DNA of 64,000 bases from Novakomyces olei. Its lineage: Eukaryota. The notes beneath the pieces were generated by a model that saw only the letters and a program-made list of their open reading frames with translations, ran no database searches and was not told where the DNA came from. This document shows, piece after piece, positions 1 to 12,572 of this stretch. Made by a program: the position numbers and the translations under genes. Where the stretch lies: positions 930,001 through 994,000 of the forward strand of contig JADEYG010000009.1 of the NCBI GenBank assembly GCA_016906335.1. Direction: 5' to 3'. Within the stretch, counting starts at the first letter, position 1, and the number at the start of each line of letters is the position of its first letter.

Positions 1-116
1 GGCGATCCACCGCCAATTAGCTCTGACGTCGCGGTATTATTGGCCTGCGTCATACTTGCCGAATGCGTTAAATCGTCCGAAACATCTAGCGCGAATTCCG
101 TAGCAAATATAGACAT
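1..116 (-). CDS. 5' end of an unidentified gene running off the left edge (MSIFATEFALDVSDDLTHSASMTQANNTATSELIGGGS...)
   Basis: ATG at 116, stop-free to the window edge, GC content like local coding DNA; AT-rich promoter-like DNA upstream. Confidence 0.4.
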   Translation of the reverse strand, partial: MSIFATEFALDVSDDLTHSASMTQANNTATSELIGGGS

Positions 117-400
117 GTAGGTGGTAGAGAAAACCCTGAGAAGCGACGACGGATTGACGGAGGTGGCGGACACGTGAAAACCCCGCGACTGTTACTTGTG
201 CTATTATATATGTATCATAACTATGATGAAATACAATGATATCAGGTAGCAATTAAAGGCGACAGCAATTTTAAATCTTCACTCCCTACACTTCCTATTC
301 TATCTTTTGGCTAGTTTTCGAATTTGCAAATGACATAGCGGCCAGCGGAGAGCCAAAGTATTCGAGCCAAAATGTTCGTCGCCGCGGGAATTGAATATGG

Positions 401-680
401 ATAATGTTTCCCATAGTTATAACAATATCTATTGTACTCGTAGAGATGAGATCATAGGACGCGTCACCAACCTAATTTCTTTGCCGTTTGCCTCATTGCC
501 AAATAAAATTACTTCAGAATATTAATTACTCTGCACCTGTTCATATTTTTAATCCTCATAATAATCATAATACTGAATGGGAATAATGTTCCCCGTTACA
601 GTAATATCTATTGTACTCGTCAAAGAGATGAGATCATTGGAAGAGTCCCCCAAATCCAATTCTTTGCTACTTGCTCATAT
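401..680. repeat. Diverged direct duplication of a ~97-nt unit (401-497 and 583-680)
   Basis: Both copies share AATATCTATTGTACTCGT...AGAGATGAGATCAT and similar flanks (ATAATGTT...TTCTTTGC...CTCAT). Confidence 0.8.
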
Positions 681-1128
681 TCGAATTAATAATATAGTCG
701 CTAATTTAGTCGCTTGCTCCTCACTATTGTAGCGGGTTTGAAAATTGCGTCGGCAACGTTACATCTATATGATATACCGCTGTATGCGTTCCAGGCACAT
801 TTGTCCGCACTACATTATGCAATGTCCTCATCAATTCACACGGGCGCGTGTATATATTGATTGACATTAAATTGTCAGGATTGAGATTATTGGGTGTTGA
901 CGCCTAATTTTGTTTACGCATTGCTAGCCCTAACTAACCCTAATTATCTCGCAAGTATTGCACCCATATCTGTTCTTAACAATATCGTCTTGTTCGATAC
1001 TCTCATTCTTTGTTTTGCTACAGATTACCCGTCTGTTTGTAATAGTAACTAAATCAAGTCATAGTAGCTATGGGACAACAAAGACGGACTAGCATGATTT
1101 TTACTGTTAAACTAAATATATGTACACA

Positions 1129-4100
1129 TCAATTGCCCTGCTGCTGCAGCTCTTCCAACTCTAAAGTCATTGTATCGTCAGGAATTCCAGCTCCAGCGTA
1201 GAGGTAATATGCGGGTCTTCTAGCTCCGCGACTCGAGCGAGACTGCATCATTTGTGCTACTCGTTGAAACATGACTTGAAGCACTTGCTGACGTCTTTGT
1301 AACTGATCTTCCCTCCGCTGATAAGTACGCACAAGATTGTGAAGGTAGCTTTCTCTGTACTGAACAGTATTTTCATCGGCCTGTTTTTGCAGACGCTCTA
1401 CTTGTTCTTTGAGAGCCATGTTTTCAGCTGCTATACTGCTCACATTCGCACAAGACTGTTGATACATTGTCCTTATAAACTCAAGCTCTTCTTTTTGCGA
1501 TTGAGTTTGGGACTTGAGACGTTCATTTTCTTGCTTTAAATGCTCATTCTCAAGAACCAAGTTCTCTTCTGGCTTCGTTTGTTTGCTGTCTGCTTGGCTT
1601 TTATCCGTTTCTACAGTCTTAGTCCGAACGCTTGCTAAATCTGCGACTGCAGGTGCACCACTTTGCTTAACTTCATTTCTATTCTCGTTTTTAGCGGCTT
1701 TGAGTTCTCGCAAAGATTCGCGCACAGACACAAGTTTCCCGTTCAATCGTTCAATCCGTTTCTTGTCAGACTCCTGAGCCTTTGCGAGAGCAGAATTACG
1801 CTGCATTTCCACGTCTAATTCCTGTCGGAGCCGATGGAGACGGTTGAATAATCGAAAATATAGAAGTTTGCCTTCTTCCGAGTCTATGCCCATCTCTACC
1901 AAGGAAGCTCCTTCTTCTTGGCCGACGAAGAAATCTTCCCTGGGCGTTAAACGCTCAGGAGGAGCTGGCTCTGTCTCGCCATGATCGGGCTCTGTGTCAT
2001 GCATGACCGTATCAAAAGCCACATCCGTGTCCCAGACTTTGGGAGGTTCAACTATAGCCGTGCTTTGACCAGTGGCCGGCATTTGCTTCATATGAGGATC
2101 ACTAGACTTGTCTTTCAAAATATTAGCCGAATCTCCCTCTGAAACTTCCGTAGGCTTTGGCTTTTCAGCACTTTCAGTGGCAGGCTCTTTAGCGTCAGTG
2201 GCACTTTCTTTTGCCGGCTTTTGTCCAATATCCTCCAGATTTTGCCCTGGATTTTGCACTAGATCTTCTGCCAAGTTCGAGGGCACATTAGCCTTTTTCT
2301 CCCCGGATTCAGTCCTATTTTCTTGCAACTTATCGGCAACCTTAGCTTGCGGCTGATCTGCCTGACGATCCTGCACCAGACTCTCTTCACTCACATCTGC
2401 CTCTTTTCTCGTCTCATCAGCTGCTCTATCAGTGTGAATGCTTTTTTCTGCACTATTTGGCTCAGACTGTCCTGCCGCCCTTTCGTTATACGTTTGCTCA
2501 ATCTCGTTATGGTCCAACGCCTCCTTTTCTCTTCCAATGGCGGCGGCTTTATCGTCCTGAACAATCTCACGCTTTACGCCTATCTCATTTGCTGTTGAAG
2601 GCAATTCTTCCCGCCCATCAACTGTCTTTTCATCCTCATCGATAGCTATAACCTGTGAAAGATTTTGATTCGTTTCGACCGCTTTACCGTCATTGGGCGG
2701 TAGTATTTCGGGAGACTTTCCGGGAAAAGGTTTCTCGACATCTTTTCCCACAGATTTGGAGAACTCTCTCTCATTCTTTGGTTCAACAGAGCCTACCTTG
2801 TTCACAAAATGAAAATCCTGCGACGGTGCCTGTTCATTTGCGGAACTTGAGACAGGCTCAATAGCCTGAGTTTTCACGGGACCTGCTGCTTTGGCTATAA
2901 CAACTGGCTCATCAAGGACAATGACCTGTTCAGAGCCTTGAGCCTTTTCTGCCGATCCATTATTGGTAGAGGCCTTGGCATCGGGTTCACCGATAAAATC
3001 ACCACTTTCATTCGGTCTTTTGCCTTCAATTTCGCTATTACCCGCATCTTGTTCAGGCTCGTCTGTTCCCCAACCTGCTCCCTGTGAATCTGACTGCGCG
3101 TAACGCGGATCTGAAAATCCCCAATCTTTATCGACCGGCTCTTGTGCTTCTTTTTGCAATTCTTTCCCACCCAACGCGATTGCATTCGCACCGGAAGCAA
3201 CCTTTTCGGGATCTTTGGGAACGTTACCATTTTCTTTTGCCTTTTCACCATCATTTGCCATTGCATTAGACCCAAGCTTACCTGCAGCTCGCATTGCCAT
3301 TCCGGCTTTATTTGCTAATTCAATGCTTTTCAGTATTTCCAACTCTTCGAGCTCAGCCTTTCTCCTAGTTCTCACTAGTTTTCTGTGCAAAACTCCGTTC
3401 ATTTTGGCGCGTGGTCGAGGCTTGTAGTATTGGGATTTATCTGCATCGGAAAGCTTTTGCTTTATTTCAACAACCGGCTGTGTCAGCTTTCTGTTTTCTG
3501 TCGTATTATTACTAGAATTTTGTTGTTTTTCTGGAGTAGTAGCGACACGATTGCTTTCTTGCACGAAGCTTTGAGAGCCTAAAGCGTCTTTTTGCAAATC
3601 TGTATCGTTCACTGTTTGCAAATCAATTTCTTTTGCCACATACTTCTCTTTCTGCAAGTTCTCCTCTGGCAAGCGTTCCTGTGGCAAATTTTTCTTTGAC
3701 AAATTGTTTTGTGGAAAATTATGTTTTGACAAACTTTCACTTGGCAAATTCGATTCTTCTTGCAAATTCTTTTCCGACTGCAAATCTTGTTCACTCTGAG
3801 CGTCATTCTCGCTCTGGGTATCAGTCTCCGACGACACATTCTTCTCCTTTTGCTCGTCCCTTTTCAAATTGGAGTCTATTCTCGCTCTGCTTGCGATTTT
3901 GCCCGCCATTTTACCGCGCAAAACACTCTGTATCGAAGACGTAGCTTGCAATTCCATCGGGTCTTTGGCAAGTAACTTTGAGAGCCGCTCGCGGGAGGAC
4001 TTGCTGGCGCTCTTGCTCGTCTCTGATCGGTTGAAAATTGGGTTTCCCGTGGAAATCTTTGAATAATCAATATGCCGAGCGGGTCTGGAATTAACCGCTC

Positions 4101-6870
4101 GTTCTCCAGTATTGGATCCTGCCAGTGCAGGAGAAGCAGGCGTTGTCAAGGAGGCAGAAGAAGAAGGTAGACTCAAAAACGCAGAGGCCGGTGTAGGTGT
4201 GGCACTAGTCATGTTCTTGTGCCCAATCGCATTTGAATCGTTATCAGAGGATACAGTGATAATTGTATCGTTTGAAGATTTTGAGGTGGAGCTTTGGCCC
4301 ACAGAAAGGGATATCGTAGGCAAAACATCGCTCTCGAGGCTGCTGGCATCAGGCTGAGTATCGAAGAGTCTAGACTTTTTGTCCGGGGACAGTGGAGTCG
4401 CTGTTGTTCCCGACCCTATTTCGCCATGTTGACGTTTTCTGGACGTGGGAATTCTATCGCGTTCTCCGCCAGACGAGGCCACTGTTGATCGGGCGTCTGT
4501 CGTCCGAGAACTATCTGTGCCCTGAGAAGGCAGGACGACGTTTGCGAGTTCGGGCACATTAAACTCCGCCGCTGGAATATAAGCGATTTTGTCCCAGAGA
4601 AAAGGCCGAGGTGGCAGAAAAGTAGGAGAGGCATCTCTCATTGCATTCAAACAGCTTTGCACCCAAAGCGTTAGCCTTCTAGCTTGTTTTAATCGGTTTT
4701 CTTCGTCAGCAATTTGAACATTTTCCAGCGAATTAAAGGAACCTAGAGCTATTTGTAGCAGATCAACCCAGCGGAGGGAAGACACTGCAATTTCGTCCTC
4801 ACCCCGAGCACGAGAAAGGGAAAGCAGGAAATGGTCAGCGCCATAAGGCGTATAAAATTCTATCACTGGAACATTTGATTTTTTCTTCCCCCGAAGCGCT
4901 CTAATACCAAGGAGAGAGCTCATAGACAGGACAAAATCGGCTCCTTCAACATTTAGAATGCCGTCGGTAGGAATAGTCTTGTAGGCAATAAAGCACTTAG
5001 ATTTTGGCTGAAATAGAACCTCGTTTTTTGCATATTTGAATCCTAAATATTGCAGAGCCCATCGGGCAATCGTGTCAAACGTTTCATCAGAATCAACAAA
5101 AATGATTTTACATTTATTTTGAGCTAATCGTTCAATCAGATCTAGAACAATTGATAATCGCGGCGATGCGTCTTGCATGAAAAAATTCCTTTCTGCCCGC
5201 GGCATAGCATGTATACTGGACCCGTTTATATCATAGGTTTCAAACAGCTCACCCTCTGCTTCCTGTGGGTAGACAGCAAGCCGTAAAAGATCTTTAACGA
5301 GCCGCTCCAACTGGTTTTGGTCTCGTTCAGTCGGCTCTGTATCCGATCCCATCTCACCGAGGGCCTTCAAGTTTGTGTAGAGCAGCTTCTGCATTAAGAG
5401 CTTTTGAGTTTGAGAAAGGCCGATGGGTACACTGAGAATATTGACTGACTCTAATTTTCTTAGTGCCTTGTAATGGGGGCGCGGTGGGGGAGTTTTAATA
5501 TCGAGCTGAGTAGCCAAAACATTGAGCTGAGGTTCTTGTGCATTTTTCAACGGTGTAGCCATTACTTGTGACTTTGCTGATGAGGATTCTGAGGTTGGTA
5601 CTGCTTTCACAGTTTTTTCGTTTTCGTTTTCTTTTTCGTTTCCTCTTTCTATTTCTGAATTTGCCCAACCAAAAGGCTCAAATGCCGTTGATGACCGAGG
5701 TTTTTGAGAAGCTAAACTGCTAAACCAGCCTTGGCCTCCTGAAGAGCGATTGGAACTTGAATTACCGCTGTTCTTTGACGCAGAGCTACTAAGCCATCCA
5801 CCTCTACTGCCTTCTCGCTCAGTCACTGGCTGATGCGCTCTAGGGTGTTCCGGCGGCCGGCTCCGCGGATCTTCCCTCACATCAGAGCGGCGCTCAGATG
5901 ATTCCCAACTCTTTGTTTCCCTGGCCGATTCCACACTGCGATCTCTTCTCGAAGACGATAAGCTCTGTCCTCGCCTTCGCTCTTGGCTACGGCTCCTTTT
6001 CGAGTCTGACGAATATGGTTTGGCCGTGTCCACACTGCGATCAGATTTCAGACTTGCCCATCCATCTTTTCTGGAACTTGCTGCATTGCTATCAGATCGT
6101 GCACTCCATCCGTCGGATTTTGTTTGATTTTGGTTACCAGCATCCCAGCCGTTGCTTCTAGATCCATCTTGAGCCGGCTTTCCCCACTCTGATCTAGATC
6201 CTTCTGCAGGCAGAGCCGAAGAGGACGATGATGAAGCTGATTCTCCATGACTCGATCTTGCTGCCGCCTCATTGTTATCCTGATTGAGCCAGCCAGTTTT
6301 GTTATTGCTGCTTGCATCACGTCTATTCTCATCCAGAGCAATCTTGCTCTCTGGTCTCTGAGCATCATTGCGACCCGAGCTCCAGGCATCCCCGCGAATA
6401 GGTACACTGTCCCATCCTCTTGAGCCTGAATCGCTACCCGAGTCCTTATCCAGCCAGCTATAAACCTGAGCCGTTTTGCGTTCACTACTACCCTGTCCCG
6501 GATTACTTTCTTTTGTTTCCGCAGGTGATACTTGCAAATCCGTACTTTGCTGTATAGATCCATTATCCGTAACAGACGCTTGCACTTGTTCAGGCTGATC
6601 TTTTCCGCGTTTCTTTACCGACCAGCCACTGGGTAGGTTCAATTTGTTACCTTGATTCGCAGTCACGGCTGCATCATTGCTTTCTGGGTTGTTTGTCAGT
6701 TTCTCATCGGTAAACGGAGCGAATCGGCTTCGACGAAGTAAAGTCTGCGCTTGACTGTACATTAACGTGTCCTCATCCGTTTCCTCGTTTTGCTTTGTAG
6801 CATTATCAGAATCAGCCGCTAAAACAGGTGCATCCCGCCCGCCATTTGCTCCATTGGAGGCAGCCGACAT
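1129..6870 (-). CDS. Large single-exon protein (1913 aa): GW/WG-rich disordered N-terminus, central HDA2/3-like (Ccq1-like) globular domain, long acidic linker, C-terminal coiled coil
   Basis: 5.7-kb stop-free ORF, first ATG at 6870. Globular segment at about 4580-5440 (ILSVPIGLSQTQK...SPRLSIVLDLIERL...KIIFVD) resembles the HDA1 complex subunit 2/3 fold. The coiled coil LEFIRTMYQQS...ENMALKEQVERLQKQADEN resembles fungal Ccq1-like proteins (from memory). ORF is certain; family call is tentative. Confidence 0.6.
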   Translation of the reverse strand: MSAASNGANGGRDAPVLAADSDNATKQNEETDEDTLMYSQAQTLLRRSRFAPFTDEKLTNNPESNDAAVTANQGNKLNLPSGWSVKKRGKDQPEQVQASVTDNGSIQQSTDLQVSPAETKESNPGQGSSERKTAQVYSWLDKDSGSDSGSRGWDSVPIRGDAWSSGRNDAQRPESKIALDENRRDASSNNKTGWLNQDNNEAAARSSHGESASSSSSSALPAEGSRSEWGKPAQDGSRSNGWDAGNQNQTKSDGWSARSDSNAASSRKDGWASLKSDRSVDTAKPYSSDSKRSRSQERRRGQSLSSSRRDRSVESARETKSWESSERRSDVREDPRSRPPEHPRAHQPVTEREGSRGGWLSSSASKNSGNSSSNRSSGGQGWFSSLASQKPRSSTAFEPFGWANSEIERGNEKENENEKTVKAVPTSESSSAKSQVMATPLKNAQEPQLNVLATQLDIKTPPPRPHYKALRKLESVNILSVPIGLSQTQKLLMQKLLYTNLKALGEMGSDTEPTERDQNQLERLVKDLLRLAVYPQEAEGELFETYDINGSSIHAMPRAERNFFMQDASPRLSIVLDLIERLAQNKCKIIFVDSDETFDTIARWALQYLGFKYAKNEVLFQPKSKCFIAYKTIPTDGILNVEGADFVLSMSSLLGIRALRGKKKSNVPVIEFYTPYGADHFLLSLSRARGEDEIAVSSLRWVDLLQIALGSFNSLENVQIADEENRLKQARRLTLWVQSCLNAMRDASPTFLPPRPFLWDKIAYIPAAEFNVPELANVVLPSQGTDSSRTTDARSTVASSGGERDRIPTSRKRQHGEIGSGTTATPLSPDKKSRLFDTQPDASSLESDVLPTISLSVGQSSTSKSSNDTIITVSSDNDSNAIGHKNMTSATPTPASAFLSLPSSSASLTTPASPALAGSNTGERAVNSRPARHIDYSKISTGNPIFNRSETSKSASKSSRERLSKLLAKDPMELQATSSIQSVLRGKMAGKIASRARIDSNLKRDEQKEKNVSSETDTQSENDAQSEQDLQSEKNLQEESNLPSESLSKHNFPQNNLSKKNLPQERLPEENLQKEKYVAKEIDLQTVNDTDLQKDALGSQSFVQESNRVATTPEKQQNSSNNTTENRKLTQPVVEIKQKLSDADKSQYYKPRPRAKMNGVLHRKLVRTRRKAELEELEILKSIELANKAGMAMRAAGKLGSNAMANDGEKAKENGNVPKDPEKVASGANAIALGGKELQKEAQEPVDKDWGFSDPRYAQSDSQGAGWGTDEPEQDAGNSEIEGKRPNESGDFIGEPDAKASTNNGSAEKAQGSEQVIVLDEPVVIAKAAGPVKTQAIEPVSSSANEQAPSQDFHFVNKVGSVEPKNEREFSKSVGKDVEKPFPGKSPEILPPNDGKAVETNQNLSQVIAIDEDEKTVDGREELPSTANEIGVKREIVQDDKAAAIGREKEALDHNEIEQTYNERAAGQSEPNSAEKSIHTDRAADETRKEADVSEESLVQDRQADQPQAKVADKLQENRTESGEKKANVPSNLAEDLVQNPGQNLEDIGQKPAKESATDAKEPATESAEKPKPTEVSEGDSANILKDKSSDPHMKQMPATGQSTAIVEPPKVWDTDVAFDTVMHDTEPDHGETEPAPPERLTPREDFFVGQEEGASLVEMGIDSEEGKLLYFRLFNRLHRLRQELDVEMQRNSALAKAQESDKKRIERLNGKLVSVRESLRELKAAKNENRNEVKQSGAPAVADLASVRTKTVETDKSQADSKQTKPEENLVLENEHLKQENERLKSQTQSQKEELEFIRTMYQQSCANVSSIAAENMALKEQVERLQKQADENTVQYRESYLHNLVRTYQRREDQLQRRQQVLQVMFQRVAQMMQSRSSRGARRPAYYLYAGAGIPDDTMTLELEELQQQGN

Positions 6871-7122
6871 AGCCTTTTTATTGAAATGCTTCACGAACCT
6901 TTACGGCGCGTAGAATCAAAGTGGCTTTTCGGGAGCGACACCGTTAATTTTGTTAATTCATAGCAAAATCAACGTTTCTGAATTACACCAAAGATGAGCT
7001 GATTGTAGATCGGTGGATGATTGTGACAAGACGTTACTAAAGAACTGCACGCGTTCCTTTAACACTTTGATCTCGCCTGTGGGTCTTCTATGCGAATGTT
7101 CTTGGTATGTAGTTTATAATAT

Positions 7123-7206
7123 AAACCCTAACTAACCATGAAAATGTACAGATAATATTCCAGTCGAATACAAGACTCGTTACGGTCATGCCTCTTAGGG
7201 TTAGGG
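7123..7206. promoter_or_regulatory. Telomere-like boxes (AAACCCTAACTAACC 7123-7137; TTAGGGTTAGGG 7195-7206) in the divergent promoter of the ccq1-like gene and SRP54
   Basis: Seen directly; match the binding consensus of Myb-domain factors Tbf1/Teb1/Tay1. Confidence 0.55.
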
Positions 7207-7416
7207 CCACGTCTTCATACTTCAATACGGTGTTACCATAGCCGAATAATCGACTGCTAGTATCCACTTATATTAATGTTTGAAGAATCGACTATAGAAT
7301 AATTATATTTCGTTTGGGCTTCGTAAATATACACGAATCACTAAGAGATCGAGGATCTTACTCGAGCAAAAGTACCTGGGCATTATTTAATTTAAAAATT
7401 GAATTAAGCGGCCGCC

Positions 7417-9492
<2,076 letters not shown>

Positions 9493-10255
9493 GATCTTTT
9501 GTTTTAATATTCCCTTTTCTAGATATCGCCAGTGCCTTTTTATGGTACAGCTTTTAATGCTTAATTATACATATTCATGCATGGACCAGTCTTCACTGTC
9601 TTTTTGTACGTGCAAAATCTATCTTGATAGAATAAAAATATATGTCAAGTTTAAAATAAGCATACCAGCCGCCTATGCCTTAGAGAAGCTATTTGTAGTA
9701 GTCGTGATAAATAGAATGGCACGACACAAACAAGTCCAAAGCGTCTCAACCAAAGAATGACTTCAAATCTCGTTGCATTGAGCCGTTCGTATAAAGTATG
9801 TTGTCATTTGAGCGCGTTGTCCGTTTCGTCCAAAAGGGTGCTGTACGATTGGTATTAACCCTAACCCTAATATTGCCCATCTTCAATATTTTGTAAAAAT
9901 ATGGCAATATTATCCAGTCAAAATTAATGACGTCCGATGTAAACAATAATATTTGTTCATCGCAATTGAACAGAGATAAAGCCATGTATATCGTAATTAT
10001 GGCCGTGATCTCAAGACGCTCTCTGTTTTAGGTGCAAGCTAAAATTTTAACCCTTTTTCAGGCTCAAAACCAATATCTCGTTCGTTTTACTCTGATTGGT
10101 GTTTCAGAGAAATCGTCGTAAACGGCGCAGGTACTGGCTCGAAATTTACAAAAAATTAATTCAACCTCGTTGTTTGGAAGAAATGAAAGAATAAGTAGGC
10201 CAGCTAGTCAAGTTTGCACGTTTGAATTTATTCCATCGTCCAATTCAATGAATGA

Positions 10256-11615
10256 ATGGCGGACGCAAACCTGCAAGGCTTGCAAGAAGCATTGATCAAA
10301 TCAATAGATCAAACCTGGACTGGCGCAGAAGAATATATTAAAGGCGAAGTCACAGTTAAGTGGCCTCTTGATAGAGCGACAAATTCTGTATCATTAATTC
10401 TCGCAAGTCCGCGTCTGCAGGACCGACTAAGCCCTAATGGAAAATTAAAACTAACTTTTCATGGCGAGGCGGCCACGTTTGCGAAGGCTAATATACTCTC
10501 TGGTCAGACTATAGGCATTTTGGGGCTATTGAATGTATCTGCGAACACTTCGCATCCGGAGGACGCAGAGTATGAAGTTGTTTATCCGGAAAATGTTTGG
10601 ATTCAGGTTTGGGCCAATGGTGAATTGCTCCATGAAACGCAGATCTCCTCGAGGCCCGCTCAGCTAACAAATGAATCTTCAATACAGAATTTGTCTATTC
10701 AACCTAGCACTTCAACGAGTTCGGGCCGCTTTTCTTTAACGAATGATAATTCTGGTAATCATATTTTTAAAAGCGGCGAGCAAAGTGAGAGCGTAAAGTT
10801 TTTCACCCAAAGTCAAGACGAGATTTTGGATGGAAGTGCTTCGTCTTTAATCCCTAGCCAGCTAACATTCGCCAACAAAAACGGGGACCAGGATCGGGCT
10901 TTACTTCAAAATGTTGATTTACTGGATGATGCTCTGCCTTTGGCTTTGAGCGGCCCTCAACGAATACAAGACATGCAAAATGCGCTGGAAGTATCGGCAC
11001 AGAAACAAGCATCGTTGTTGTTTGAGCAAGAGGTCGAACTGGAATTTCAAGACGAATTAATTACACCTTTATCTTTTTACCCTTCAATAAGCATGCTTCG
11101 TCCTAATCTGACTGTGGATATTATGGGTGTAGTCGTGTCGCTGAGCAATATTATTCATGCCCCCAAGGGACCACGTAAGTCGATTTAAATGCAAACAGCA
11201 GATTATCTGATAGTTTTTATTCTTATCCTGACAATCATTTAAATTCATTATTATTTTATGGCTTGCCTTCTTTTAATACTTACATATAGGCGACTTTTAC
11301 ATTGCCTTTGAAATAATTGACCCAACAAGGCCTTCAAGAGAGACTGGCTTAGAATGCTTTATATTTCGGCCTTCAGCAAAAGCTTTGCCCGATCTTTCTG
11401 TTGGCTCCGCTATTTTATTAAGATCGTTCCGTGTTAGAAGGCAGAACCATAGGCTGATGGCTTCCTCAACGGAAGAAAGTGCTTGGGGTGTTTGGCAGAC
11501 GGGATCCCGGCTTCAAGTCTTGGGTCCTCCTCTCGAATGGGGCGAAATGGAGTATGAGCGATTATCGCTTTTGAATTTATGGTATAGCAATTCCATTGCA
11601 AGTGACAGGGGATAA
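10256..11615 (+). CDS. POT1-related two-OB-fold protein (N-terminal OB plus C-terminal Telo_bind/POT1-type OB), 414 aa, 2 exons
   Basis: Exons 10256-11174 and 11290-11615 join in frame (1245 nt). C-terminus VDIMGVVVS...KGPRDFYIAFEIIDPT...FIFRPSAKALPDLSVGSAILLRSFRV is a POT1 OB1-like pattern. N-terminus IKGEVTVKWP...LKLTFHG is OB-like. Confidence 0.75.
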
Positions 11616-12415
11616 TCGAATGTATATGATATTTGCGAAAAATAAGATAAGGGTTTCATGTAGTTTTGCAACAATTGGGGAGTTATGCGTTACATTATTT
11701 GTTTTTGAATGCATAATTTCAAATCTTTGTAATCTGAATTTGTTGCGATTACTTTGGTCTATGAAACTAGATTTATTATGCTTTGTATGATTTGTCAATC
11801 TTTAATCTTTAACCGTTAGGCAAAGCAGTGCTTTAAGATTAATAAAGCCTACATGTATCAAAATGATGCTCGTATAAAATTTTAGATGTACAGACAGGCC
11901 TTTCGAACAAGCAAGAAGAAAATAAACCAGACCCATTTTAAAATGAAAGCGTTTTAGTGTTCAGAGCTTTTATATAATTATGGGCAAGAAAATCATACAA
12001 ACATTCTGTACAGCATTTATCAAATGGAACAAAACTTTACTTCGGATTCGAATTGGCAATAATGCAATTCAAAACTAGACTGACTCAATGCTAATTCATG
12101 TCCAACTTCGGCCGTCTAATGGCTCATGAGAGAATCGATTGACGCATAAACGACAATAGTAATTTTCTGAACGCTAAAGCAAATGAGTTTAGAGGGCGTC
12201 AATAAGAATATAGATGGAGCCAAGCAAATAGTATAGCCAATGATGTTGCAAATGCAGCGGTTAGACAAACCCTAAATTATTCTTTACAAGCAAACAATAC
12301 GGTATAATGTAAAAGCTGCAATACAATAAATTCAAGTGCGATTAACAAAAATATTACATAGAAGTTGCTCGCTTTTCTGCGTATGGCCCGACTTCTTGTT
12401 CTATCTGTCTGTCCG

Positions 12416-12460
12416 ATCTGATAAATTTTCGTCGGACCATATTTTTGAAAGATCAGATAA
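12416..12460 (+). promoter_or_regulatory. Two perfect ATCWGATAA iron-repressor GATA sites upstream of hapX
   Basis: ATCTGATAA 12416-12424 and ATCAGATAA 12452-12460; the consensus of SreA/Fep1-type GATA repressors. Confidence 0.8.
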
Positions 12461-12572
12461 GATTTAACGAACGGCGGCGCGTACGCAAAGTCTGCCGAAC
12501 GAACGAGTTCGTTAGCATAGCAGCAAAGTGAATGCACCTGTGATTACCGAGCACCCAATCGGTATCATTCCA

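Noticed and set aside
900-1128. CTAACCCTAA at 934-943 plus a nearby hairpin as a telomerase RNA template
   Set aside because: Too little room before the convergent gene, no recognisable pseudoknot, CR4/5 or Sm site, and the same motif occurs in a promoter at 7126
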